From the NCBI GenBank assembly GCA_028701115.1, contig JAQVRJ010000006.1, positions 1-32,964 on the forward strand: a DNA stretch of 32,964 nt, given 5' to 3'. The stretch is from Clostridia bacterium. Lineage in GTDB: Bacteria; Bacillota; Clostridia; TANB77; SIG350. Below the pieces are notes generated by a model. The model saw nothing but the letters and a program-made list of their open reading frames with translations, had not been told where the DNA came from and did no database searches. Both the position numbers and the translations under genes were made by a program. The stretch's first letter is position 1. Every line of letters begins with the position of its first letter. This document shows, one piece after another, positions 1-8,555 of the stretch.

Positions 1-83
1 TTCTTATTATCAATACATCCAGAACTCAGTACAATTGCAATTATAACAAGTATAATTACTGGGTAAATAAAACTTTTTTTCAT
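1..83 (-). CDS. Putative lipoprotein, N-terminal 27 codons only (gene continues past window start)
   Basis: Reverse complement of 83..1 reads ATG AAA AAA AGT TTT ATT ... = MKKSFIYPVIILVIIAIVLSSGCIDNK. This gives a Lys-rich n-region, a hydrophobic core and an LSSG|C lipobox-like motif. It is cut by the window edge, so it is absent from the ORF track. Confidence 0.5.
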   Translation of the reverse strand, partial: MKKSFIYPVIILVIIAIVLSSGCIDNK

Positions 84-347
84 ACATATATATTTTACAC
101 TTTTTTTTCATTTATGTCAACTTTTTTTGTAATATATTAACAATAATTACAATATTACCCTATATAATTAATTTATAAAAAAATACTTTCTTAATATAAC
201 AAATGTATAAAAAATAAAAATAATATCAATTAAAAAATTGTTATTATTTTTATGTCTCATTATATATAAATTTTGCTTTTTATATTCTTTCAATCAATTT
301 TGTTTCATCAAATATTTCACATTTTAAAAATGCTAGTAACCATTATT

Positions 348-2186
348 TTAAAGTGCTCCCCACAAGGCTGTACGGAACGAAACGCCGTCACGCGCTACAA
401 CCTCATCAGGGCTAAATCCAAACAAACCTGCCGCCTCACCAATGCCATAAAATCCACCACGTCCATGAAACGTAAGAGTTGAGTTAAGAAAACTAGAAAT
501 ATCTCCATACCATGATGTATTACCAGATGAACTTGTTGATGTCTCATATACCGCATCTCCATATCTATCTCCATATGATGTATAAGCATCATAATATTTC
601 GCATTTGCACTTCCAAAAGTATTTGCTACATTTGTACTTAATCCTGCTGCAACAAATTCCCATGCTCCTCCATTCATGTCAAAAACTACATATTTATTTC
701 CTGTTGTGCTTTGTGTTACACTTGCTCCTGTTATATAGTTTGAACTATTCATTCCAACTTGTACACCATGTCTACCATATTTACTTTGTGCTAAATACGC
801 TACAGCTCCCCATTCACAATTTCTAATTAAATGACTGTTATACTGTGTATACATATCTTTAGATTTCGTAAAACAATCTGCTACCGTTATACTTCTCCAA
901 CTCACTATTCCTGGTTTTGACTGTGGTACATTACTACCATTATTACTCATCTCATATTTTGCTACCCATATTCCTGCTAATTTCTTTTCTGTTCCATCAT
1001 TGTATCTAAATACTGGATGTATATTCCAATTACCCTGTCCTAATGCATTTTGAAATAATATTCTTCCTGTTTTTGATTCATCAGTTAATCCTTTCATAAA
1101 TTCTATATCTATTTTTCCTGAATTATTACTTTCTCTTGTTTGATCATGATATCCACTTGTTATACTATATGCATATCTTGGTATCCATACCCAATAACTT
1201 CCATCTGATGTTTTAGCATTTGCCCATTTACTTGATGTATAATCTGTTGCAAATAATGCTGTACTTCCTGTATAATCATACCAATCATTATATACAAAAT
1301 TAGAGTTTAATACTCCTTCATTATATTGGGCTATTTCATTACCATTTATATCCCAAATATACTGCTATCATTCCTGTATCTAGTTTTGGACTATTCACTC
1401 CTTTATCTGCATTATATGTTCCATCCATTGTTTCTGTATCCTCTAATGTTGTTGTTGAACACACAAGAGACTCCGTTGTATTGCCTAAACTATCTATCGC
1501 CATTACTTTTATACTATATTCTGTTTCTGGATCTAAATTTTCAAATATATAATTCGGATTTGTTGTTCCTTCTTCTGGTTCCCAAGTTATACCTCCATCC
1601 TTACTATATTTATACCTTACAGAATTTACTGATACCATTATTGTTTTACTTTCCGGTGTTATTACTGGCACTAAACTTCCTAATGCAATATTTTCGCCTT
1701 CATTTTCGCCTTCACTTAATGATCCTATTCCTATTGTATCTTTATCATAATAGATATTTCCTTCATATTCAAATCCTTGATAATATACTTTTCCTAATGT
1801 TGTTACATAATACTTTGATACCTCTGTTTCACTTATTGATAAATTATTTTTTAAACTTTCGTCTATTGATAATACATCTTTTCCTGCTATTTGTAATACA
1901 GATTCTGGTAATGCATCATTATTTTCTGCATTTGCTTCTGTATATCCTTGTATTACTCCTACCCATTTATATTTTTCTAAGTCACCTTCTGTTGTTGCAT
2001 ATTTAGCCATATTATTTAACATTTTTAAATTTATTGCGCTTCTTGCACTGTTGATATATTATTTAAAAATACTGCTAACTGTTCATTTTTGGGTGCGTTT
2101 ACTCCTGTTATTACAACTGCCGCAGTTAATATTATTAACACTATTATTGTTATTATTAACGCTACTAAACTTATTCCTTTTTTCAT
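348..2186 (-). pseudogene. Frameshifted paralogue of the pilin-leader / FGE-sulfatase (C-type lectin fold) surface protein at 31246..32964, carrying an extra FN3-like module
   Basis: Three collinear minus-strand frame segments. (a) 2186..2031 = MKKGISLVALIITIIVLIILTAAVVITGVNAPKNEQLAVFLNNISTVQEAQ, then TAA at 2031..2033; RBS GAGAGGGG lies upstream. (b) Track ORF 1339..2022, open upstream to 2058. (c) Track ORF 348..1097, which I read open upstream to ~1355 (WDINGNEIAQYNEGVLNSNFVYNDWYDYTGSTALFATDYTSSKWANAKTSDGSYWVWIPRYAYSITSGYHDQTRESNNSGKIDIEF-MKGL...). Joined, they are collinear with the intact 572-aa paralogue, sharing the blocks YKWVG, GVNSPKL, FVYNDWYDY, SKWANAKTSDGSYWVWIPR, NWNIHP and HLIRN. 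The frame breaks map to ~2031..2040 and to the A-run 1355..1357 (coding strand TATTTGGG here, TATTGGG in the paralogue). Confidence 0.75.
1691..1714 (-). repeat. Perfect 2 x 12-bp tandem duplication inside the pseudogene (encodes GENEGEN)
   Basis: Plus strand reads ttttcgccttca ttttcgccttca at 1691..1702 and 1703..1714. Confidence 0.9.
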
Positions 2187-2254
2187 TATATAACCCCTCT
2201 CATTTTTAACAAAAATACAAAATAAGATTTTATTTTTATTAAAAACTATAACAT

Positions 2255-2286
2255 ATAAAAAACATTTTAAACAACATTAATGTTTT
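2255..2286 (-). terminator. Weak candidate intrinsic terminator after the metal ABC operon
   Basis: Inverted repeat aaaacatt (2259..2266) / aatgtttt (2279..2286). On the minus-strand RNA it is followed by a U-run (plus-strand A-run 2255..2260). The stem is AT-rich and short. Confidence 0.3.
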
Positions 2287-2324
2287 ATATTATTTGCTAA
2301 AAAATAAAATTATTTTTATTTATT

Positions 2325-3122
2325 TTATCTTTTAAAACTCACTAAAAGCAAAGTCATTATATATACTATTCCTAAACAAACTACTATACTTGCTCCAGTA
2401 GGTATTGAAAAATAATATGAAACTATTAAACCAATTACACTCAGAATAATACAACTAATAGTAGAAATTATTATATATTGTTTCATATTTTTTGAAATCA
2501 TTTTAGATATAGCACCAGGTAAAATAAACAATGCACTTACTAATAATATACCAACAATATTAATTGACATTGCAACAGTTATTGCTACCATACTTGTAAA
2601 AATTATTTCATATAGCACAGGACTAATATTTTTACTTTTTGCTAACGATTCATCAACACTTATCAAAACTAGTTTTTTGTATATCAATAAAAATATAATA
2701 ATTAAAATTATTGCTAATATAGCTAATGGTAATAATTGATTTTGGGCAACTAATAAAATATCCCCTACAAGTAATTGAGAAAATTTCTGTAATCCACCAA
2801 AACCAGTTAAAATAATTATACCTACAGCTACACTTATTGATGCAATTATTCCAATAACGGTATCTGGCGCTTCCCCATATCTTCTTTTAATAATAACTAA
2901 TAATACTGCAAATAGAACTGAAAATATTACTACAGGTAACACATTATTAGTTGCTATACCTAATAGTAATCCAATACCTATTCCTAAATATGCACTATGA
3001 CCTAATGCATCAGAAAAATATGCAAGTCTATTATTTAACACCATAGTACTTAATAAACCAAATAATGGCGATATAATCAATATAAGTATCATTGCATTTT
3101 GCATAAATTCATACTCAAACAT
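2325..3122 (-). CDS. Metal (Zn/Mn/Fe-type) ABC transporter permease, ABC-3 family
   Basis: 265-aa polytopic membrane protein resembling ZnuB/MntB/TroD-type permeases. The ATG at 3122 has an AGGTGA RBS and overlaps the ATPase stop codon (ATGTTTGA arrangement). Confidence 0.85.
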   Translation of the reverse strand: MFEYEFMQNAMILILIISPLFGLLSTMVLNNRLAYFSDALGHSAYLGIGIGLLLGIATNNVLPVVIFSVLFAVLLVIIKRRYGEAPDTVIGIIASISVAVGIIILTGFGGLQKFSQLLVGDILLVAQNQLLPLAILAIILIIIFLLIYKKLVLISVDESLAKSKNISPVLYEIIFTSMVAITVAMSINIVGILLVSALFILPGAISKMISKNMKQYIIISTISCIILSVIGLIVSYYFSIPTGASIVVCLGIVYIMTLLLVSFKR

Positions 3123-3861
3123 TTATATCACCTACTTCAAATACTTTTTTAAATTCATCACTATCATAAACTTCTTTGGGACTTCCTTGTTTTAAAACTT
3201 TTTTATCCATTAAAATAACATTATCAGCATAATTATACATACTTTCTAAATCATGTGATACAACAATTATTGCTATATCAAAATTTTCTCTTAACGTAGA
3301 TATTATCTTATAAACTTGAGTTATTCCAATTCTATCAATATTAGCAATCGGTTCATCAAATAATAATATATCTGGGAATGGATTCATTGCTAATGCAATT
3401 AAAACTTTTTGAACCTCCCCACCAGATAGCTCACCCATTTTTTTATTTAATAAATCTGAAATTTTTAATATATCTATTACTTTTTTATAAACATTATTAT
3501 TTATATCTATTTTGGCAATATTTAAAACATCTTTAACAGATATAGGAATATTTTTTTCTACAGATATTTTTTGTGGCACATAACCAATAATTGGTTTTGA
3601 AGTAATATCATCATTTTTATTTAAATATGAAATACTTCCAGTATGTTTAGTCATACCTAATATAGATTTCAATAAAGTAGATTTACCCGCTCCATTAGGC
3701 CCTATAATACACGTTATTTCGCCACAATGCATATGAATATTAATATCATCAAGAATAATTCTATTATCAATTTTTACACTAATATTATTTATTTTTACAC
3801 AACACAATCCACAAGAATTATGTTTTGCAATATGAATTTTTCTTTCAGAATTATTTTCCAT
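3115..3861 (-). CDS. Metal ABC transporter ATP-binding protein
   Basis: Walker A GPNGAGKST, ABC signature LSGGEVQK, Walker B ILLFDEP. I prefer the ATG at 3861 (AAGGAAG RBS ~9 nt upstream) over the TTG at 3867 used by the track. The gene ends at TGA. Confidence 0.9.
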   Translation of the reverse strand: MENNSERKIHIAKHNSCGLCCVKINNISVKIDNRIILDDINIHMHCGEITCIIGPNGAGKSTLLKSILGMTKHTGSISYLNKNDDITSKPIIGYVPQKISVEKNIPISVKDVLNIAKIDINNNVYKKVIDILKISDLLNKKMGELSGGEVQKVLIALAMNPFPDILLFDEPIANIDRIGITQVYKIISTLRENFDIAIIVVSHDLESMYNYADNVILMDKKVLKQGSPKEVYDSDEFKKVFEVGDINV

Positions 3862-4750
3862 ATTCAATCGCTTCCTTTAAAACATTTATATTGTTTTGCA
3901 TTGATTCAATATATTGATTTAAATTATCTGTTGGTTCAACTATTAAATCTATAACAAATATTCTTGCATCTGTATTGCTATTTAGCATTTCAATTAAAGC
4001 TACATTTTCTTTATTAGTTTCACTATCTATTAATATAACTTTTGTATTTGTAGTATTAATTTTATCTATAAAACTCGCTATATCGCTTGCAACATAATTC
4101 CCCTCATGTATAGATAGTAATTCTGCTGAAATATTGAAAATCCCATCATTAGCAAAATATTTAAATGCATCATTTGTTATTGCAATATTAGTTTGACTAG
4201 ACACATTATTATATTCTTGCTTTAGCGCTAGCAACTTAGATATATATGAATCCATATTATCATAATACATATTTTGATTAAAAGGATCATTCTCAATTAT
4301 TTTTTCAGATATTAGCATAACTTGTGAAATATAATTATCAATATTCATCCAACAATGTTTAGATACATTAACATTAGGAATATTACTACTGGAATCAAAT
4401 ATTTCAAAATTATCAAAATATTCTTTATCCAAAAATTCTTCTATACTTTGTCCATTTTTAATAATTAAATCAGCTTCTTCAAATGTTTTCATATCTTTAG
4501 ATGTAAATTCATATTCATGAATACAACCGCCAACATTTTGAGATACATTAACACTATTTACCCCATTAACATTTTGTATTAAATTATTTACAATTAATTG
4601 TACTGGATAAAATGTTGTTACTATATCAAAATCTACATTTATATCTTTATTATTACTATTATTCAAAAAATTATTAACAGCTACTATTAAAATTATACTA
4701 ATAACAATTAATATTACTACTGATAATATTATTTTTTTATATTTTATCAT
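3851..4750 (-). CDS. Metal-binding solute-binding protein, TroA/ZnuA (cluster A-I) family, N-terminally membrane-anchored
   Basis: HEYEFTSKDMKTFEEADLIIKNG, KHCWMN and DAFKYF blocks match the family motifs (dpHeYe...aDl...NG, pHaWl, (H/E)xAFxYF). ATG at 4750 (MIKYKKIILSVV...) follows a GGTGGGTGGA RBS; the track start at 4774 is a TTG. The signal region has no Cys lipobox. Confidence 0.8.
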   Translation of the reverse strand: MIKYKKIILSVVILIVISIILIVAVNNFLNNSNNKDINVDFDIVTTFYPVQLIVNNLIQNVNGVNSVNVSQNVGGCIHEYEFTSKDMKTFEEADLIIKNGQSIEEFLDKEYFDNFEIFDSSSNIPNVNVSKHCWMNIDNYISQVMLISEKIIENDPFNQNMYYDNMDSYISKLLALKQEYNNVSSQTNIAITNDAFKYFANDGIFNISAELLSIHEGNYVASDIASFIDKINTTNTKVILIDSETNKENVALIEMLNSNTDARIFVIDLIVEPTDNLNQYIESMQNNINVLKEAIEYGK

Positions 4751-5882
4751 ATTTTTCCACCCACCATTTTGCAATTTGTTTTTTACTTAAACTTTTTATT
4801 TTATCAATATCTGTAATTACATTATCTTTTTCAATTTCGTTTGGAAGATTATCATCTATAATATAATTAAAATCTCTAACTAATCTAGTTATTTCTTGAC
4901 TCATCTCCAATGATTTAATCCATTCTTTTGTTACATTATCAAGTCCTTTATACAAACCTAAAATTTGACCAACTAATGTAGCTATATTATTTCCATAACA
5001 ACTATTATTTGCTGCAAATAATAGCGCTCTTGAAATATTATCTTTATATACTAAAGATGCATATAATGCTGCACCTAAAACTTCATGTGACTCATCACAT
5101 AATCCAAAGTCATCAAACTTTTCTGGATAATGTGTTTTATCTTTAGACATTTTTATTGCTAATTCTATTTTCTCTAGAACTTGTTCAGAATCTTCTGAAT
5201 CTTTTATAACTATTAATGCATCCGCTATACTCTTTTCTAATGTATCACCATTAGCAATACCAGCTATAATTATAGAATATGCACCAGCAGATAAATATGC
5301 TCTTGGATCATTATGAGTTAATTTAGCAATACTAACAGACATATCAAAAGCTAATTCCATCTCTTTACGAAATACAATTCCAAATGGCATAGCTTTAGTT
5401 ATTGCAGCAAATCCAGAATTATAATTTAATTCGGTAATTTCCTTTTCACTATAAACTTCATTTTCAAGTATATTTATCATTCTTTGTTCTGGACATCTTT
5501 CGCTCTTAAGTTCTTGAATAGAATTTAAATAACTGTCTTCTATCATCTTCATATCTATATATTTATTATATTCTCTTCCTTGATAAACTTGCCATCTCAA
5601 ATAATTATTATATGTAATTTTCCTAGTGATCTCTGTTTCCCTATGAATATGGTATCTAGTATAAGCTCTAATTAATGCATCAATAGTAAATATAGTTAAT
5701 TGAGTATTAGCTGTAATTCTTGCTCTTGAATCACAATCTAAAACTAAATCAGTTATTCCTTTTTTACCATAATCATCAATTATTAAATCAAAAGATAAAT
5801 CTCTAACCGGATAACCTAAAGCATCGCCAATTGCTCCACCAAATATACAATTATATATATTATTAATATCTAATTTTCTCAT
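4737..5882 (-). CDS. ADP-ribosylglycohydrolase (ARH/DraG) family protein with degenerate metal-binding motifs
   Basis: N-terminal FGGAIGDALGYPV is the family hallmark. The expected T-D-D-T motif reads ITANTQ. The C-terminal G-D-x-D-(S/T) motif reads YGNNIAT. The 3' end overlaps the start of the downstream solute-binding protein gene by 14 nt. Confidence 0.8.
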   Translation of the reverse strand: MRKLDINNIYNCIFGGAIGDALGYPVRDLSFDLIIDDYGKKGITDLVLDCDSRARITANTQLTIFTIDALIRAYTRYHIHRETEITRKITYNNYLRWQVYQGREYNKYIDMKMIEDSYLNSIQELKSERCPEQRMINILENEVYSEKEITELNYNSGFAAITKAMPFGIVFRKEMELAFDMSVSIAKLTHNDPRAYLSAGAYSIIIAGIANGDTLEKSIADALIVIKDSEDSEQVLEKIELAIKMSKDKTHYPEKFDDFGLCDESHEVLGAALYASLVYKDNISRALLFAANNSCYGNNIATLVGQILGLYKGLDNVTKEWIKSLEMSQEITRLVRDFNYIIDDNLPNEIEKDNVITDIDKIKSLSKKQIAKWWVEKYDKI

Positions 5883-6008
5883 ACTACCTCTCTTTCAATA
5901 AAATATTATACACCATATATTTCAAAATTTGTATACATTTTTAAATATTTTAATTATCTTTAATTATTATATATTGAAAGAAATATGTAATTATGATATA
6001 ATAAAATA

Positions 6009-6425
6009 GTGATAACTACTTTATCTACTAAGCAACCTGTTTCACTTATTGGTATGGGTTTCAATGAAATATGTGAAATGCATATTAACGGTAATGACGT
6101 AACGGAAAGTTTAAAAAAACTAAATTCTTTCTGTACTGATAATTACAAAATTAGCCATGATATGTTTTTGGCATGTTGTAACACCGTACAAAAAATAAAG
6201 AATAAGATTATTGCTGATTCATATAATGAACCAATTGAAGTCGAATTCAAATATTGTTGTATTGATTTGATTCCTAATGAAAAAGACTTAATGTCACAGA
6301 TGATTCCTATTGCATTAAATGCATATGGATTATACCTCAAAAACATTACTGGAAAAGAAATCTTGCCAAATGATAAAATTTCTTTTCATCATTTCAATTC
6401 TTATATAATCAGTTTAACTAAATAA
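6009..6425 (+). CDS. Hypothetical protein, 138 aa, Cys-rich, no recognised family
   Basis: Only a long ORF in an otherwise gene-free gap, followed by a good terminator. The start is uncertain: GTG at 6009 or ATG at 6054 (MGFNEICEMH). Confidence 0.5.
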   Translation: MITTLSTKQPVSLIGMGFNEICEMHINGNDVTESLKKLNSFCTDNYKISHDMFLACCNTVQKIKNKIIADSYNEPIEVEFKYCCIDLIPNEKDLMSQMIPIALNAYGLYLKNITGKEILPNDKISFHHFNSYIISLTK

Positions 6426-6452
6426 ACAAGGAAAATTTTCCTTGTTTATTTT
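6424..6452. terminator. Intrinsic terminator hairpin between convergent genes
   Basis: aaacaaggaa (6424..6433) pairs with ttccttgttt (6438..6447) around an AATT loop, then tatttt follows. It sits between the convergent 6009..6425 ORF and lgt. Confidence 0.7.
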
Positions 6453-6486
6453 CATATTATTTAATATATACATATTAGCTTCATAA

Positions 6487-7278
6487 TCATTTATCTATTA
6501 TATTTTTATTACCCTGTTTTACAATAAAACACGCTATTACTATTCCTAATAATACTATTAAAACTGATACTATTTGTGAAATTTTGAAATCGCAAATTAA
6601 TAATGAATCAGCTCTGAAAGATTCAACGATAAATCTGCCTACACCATAAACAATTAAATATATAGATAGTAACTGCCCATCGATTTTTTTTGTTTTACGC
6701 TTAATAAATAAATATATAAACAATGACAAAGTTATTAACATTTCATATAAAAATGTTGGATGAACATTTATATATCCACCATTGCTAAATATACTCATCT
6801 TCCAAAATACATCAGTTTGAATTCCATATGCTTCCTGATTTATAAAATTACCAATTCTACCAATACATTGTCCTAAACAAATATATGGAATAACTAAATC
6901 TGCTATTTTTAAAAAACTATACTTAAATTTTTTACATAATAAATATACAGTCAATGCGCCAACTATTAATCCACCATATATTGCTAAACCACCACTTCGA
7001 AAATCTAAAATATTTGCAAATGTTAATTCTAATGGTGAAAAAGCAATATAAAATAAACGTGCACCAAACACCCCCAAAACAGTTGTAGAAACAATTAGAA
7101 TAATAACATTATCTACATTTAGCTTTAATTTTTTTGTATCAATTATTATTAAAATTACAGCTAACAAATAGGCTAATGCAATTATTATTCCATACCAATA
7201 TATATCTATATTACATATTGGAAAAGCAATTCTATCTATTGTTATCCATAAATTAAAATTAGGAAATCCTATAGGCAT
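6487..7278 (-). CDS. lgt: Prolipoprotein diacylglyceryl transferase
   Basis: GGLAIYGGLIVG and GRIGNFINQEAYG are Lgt signature blocks in a polytopic membrane protein. ATG at 7278 (MPIGFPNF) is preceded by AAGGAG and abuts the M16 gene's stop codon. The track start at 7314 lies inside the upstream gene. Confidence 0.9.
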   Translation of the reverse strand: MPIGFPNFNLWITIDRIAFPICNIDIYWYGIIIALAYLLAVILIIIDTKKLKLNVDNVIILIVSTTVLGVFGARLFYIAFSPLELTFANILDFRSGGLAIYGGLIVGALTVYLLCKKFKYSFLKIADLVIPYICLGQCIGRIGNFINQEAYGIQTDVFWKMSIFSNGGYINVHPTFLYEMLITLSLFIYLFIKRKTKKIDGQLLSIYLIVYGVGRFIVESFRADSLLICDFKISQIVSVLIVLLGIVIACFIVKQGNKNIIDK

Positions 7279-7280
7279 TA

Positions 7281-8555
7281 TTATTTCTCCTTCTTTTCTA
7301 CAATTGAAACACACATATTCTCTTCTGTAAACAACTCATTGAAAACTTGCTTTACATCATCAAAACTTATTTTCTCATAATTTTCTGAATAATCTAATGT
7401 ATTTATACCTCTCATATAATCAGCAAAAACCGTCATTCCAATATTTGAAATACTATTAAACTCTTTAATATATTCTCCATATAATGTTTTTCTAATTCTT
7501 TGAAATGTATTTTCATCAAAAGAAATACTTTTCATTTCATTTTTTAATTTTTCAATTACTAATTCTGGATTTGTAGTAGACATTTGCATTATTGCATATG
7601 CTACATCTTTCACATATAAATATTCCAAGGTTAACCTACCAGGTAATAAATTATCATAATATAACTCTTTATATAAATTAGAACTCTTACCCAATAACAT
7701 ATCCATAACAATTTGAACAGATATATCATACTTTATTCTTTCATCATTATTTCGTAATGATATATTGGAATCTTTAAATCCAATTGCCAACAATGGTGTA
7801 TGTATATCCATTTTTGCTACTATCTTTTTTTGAAGTATCTTTTTTTGTTCTACAGGAGATAATTTTTTCAAATCAACTTTTTGAATTTTATTTGGGATTA
7901 AGCTACCAATAAAACTTATTGTTTCATCAATATCTACATCTCCGCAAACACATACAACCATGTTAGACACATTATAAAATGAATTATAACATTTATATAA
8001 TATATCTTTATCGATATTTTTTACTGAATCAACAGTCCCTCCTATATCAATTCTAATAGGATGATTAGAATACATACTTTCTAAAAGATTCATATACACT
8101 TTTGAATTTTCATCATCGTTATACATTTGTAATTCTTGTGTTATTACATCTCTTTCATTATTTATACCATCTTCTGAAAAATGTGGTGATTGAACACATT
8201 TAAATAATATTTTTGCACATTCTTCATAATTATCTATAGTGTCAAAAAAATATGTTGTATGATCATATGTTGTATAGGCATTGGTTAATGCGCCTAATGC
8301 AGATAATTTAGCTAATACTACGCTATTATCTTTTTCTTCAAATACCTTATGTTCTAAAAAATGTGCTATTCCATCAGGCAATTCAACTTTTTCCCCATTT
8401 ATAACAAATTTATTATCTATTGAACCAAATCGTGTACCAAACATTAACAATTTATTAATAAAACCTTTTTTAGGTATAATTAACAATTCAAGTCCATTAC
8501 CATATTTATGTATATATACTTTTTCCTTTATAATTTTATCTTCAAGTATTTTCAT
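7281..8555 (-). CDS. M16 family zinc peptidase (insulinase-like), catalytic-type subunit
   Basis: Inverted zincin motif H-x-x-E-H is present (GIAHFLEHKVFE). 424 aa, with a 4-nt overlap with the upstream paralogous M16 gene. Confidence 0.85.
   Translation of the reverse strand: MKILEDKIIKEKVYIHKYGNGLELLIIPKKGFINKLLMFGTRFGSIDNKFVINGEKVELPDGIAHFLEHKVFEEKDNSVVLAKLSALGALTNAYTTYDHTTYFFDTIDNYEECAKILFKCVQSPHFSEDGINNERDVITQELQMYNDDENSKVYMNLLESMYSNHPIRIDIGGTVDSVKNIDKDILYKCYNSFYNVSNMVVCVCGDVDIDETISFIGSLIPNKIQKVDLKKLSPVEQKKILQKKIVAKMDIHTPLLAIGFKDSNISLRNNDERIKYDISVQIVMDMLLGKSSNLYKELYYDNLLPGRLTLEYLYVKDVAYAIMQMSTTNPELVIEKLKNEMKSISFDENTFQRIRKTLYGEYIKEFNSISNIGMTVFADYMRGINTLDYSENYEKISFDDVKQVFNELFTEENMCVSIVEKKEK

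Noticed and set aside
1326-2006. 226-aa plus-strand ORF, together with other antisense ORFs in the track: 273..482, 395..616, 512..826, 3727..3954, 6143..6346, 8281..8559, 9920..10114, 11362..11901, 12761..12955, 19386..19688, 20956..21156, 21597..21797, 22309..22539, 22518..22700, 23734..24081, 25268..25504, 26204..26407, 30011..30226, 30410..30631
   Set aside because: All lie opposite, or out of frame within, well-supported genes. They have low-complexity L/F/I/Y-rich translations and no RBS. These are shadow ORFs typical of AT-rich DNA.
5883-6008. Zur/MntR-type operator upstream of the ARH-like/metal ABC operon
   Set aside because: No convincing palindrome of the TAAATCGTAAT-N-ATTACGATTTA type. 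The closest stretch (aaatatgtaattatgatataa) is not dyad-symmetric.
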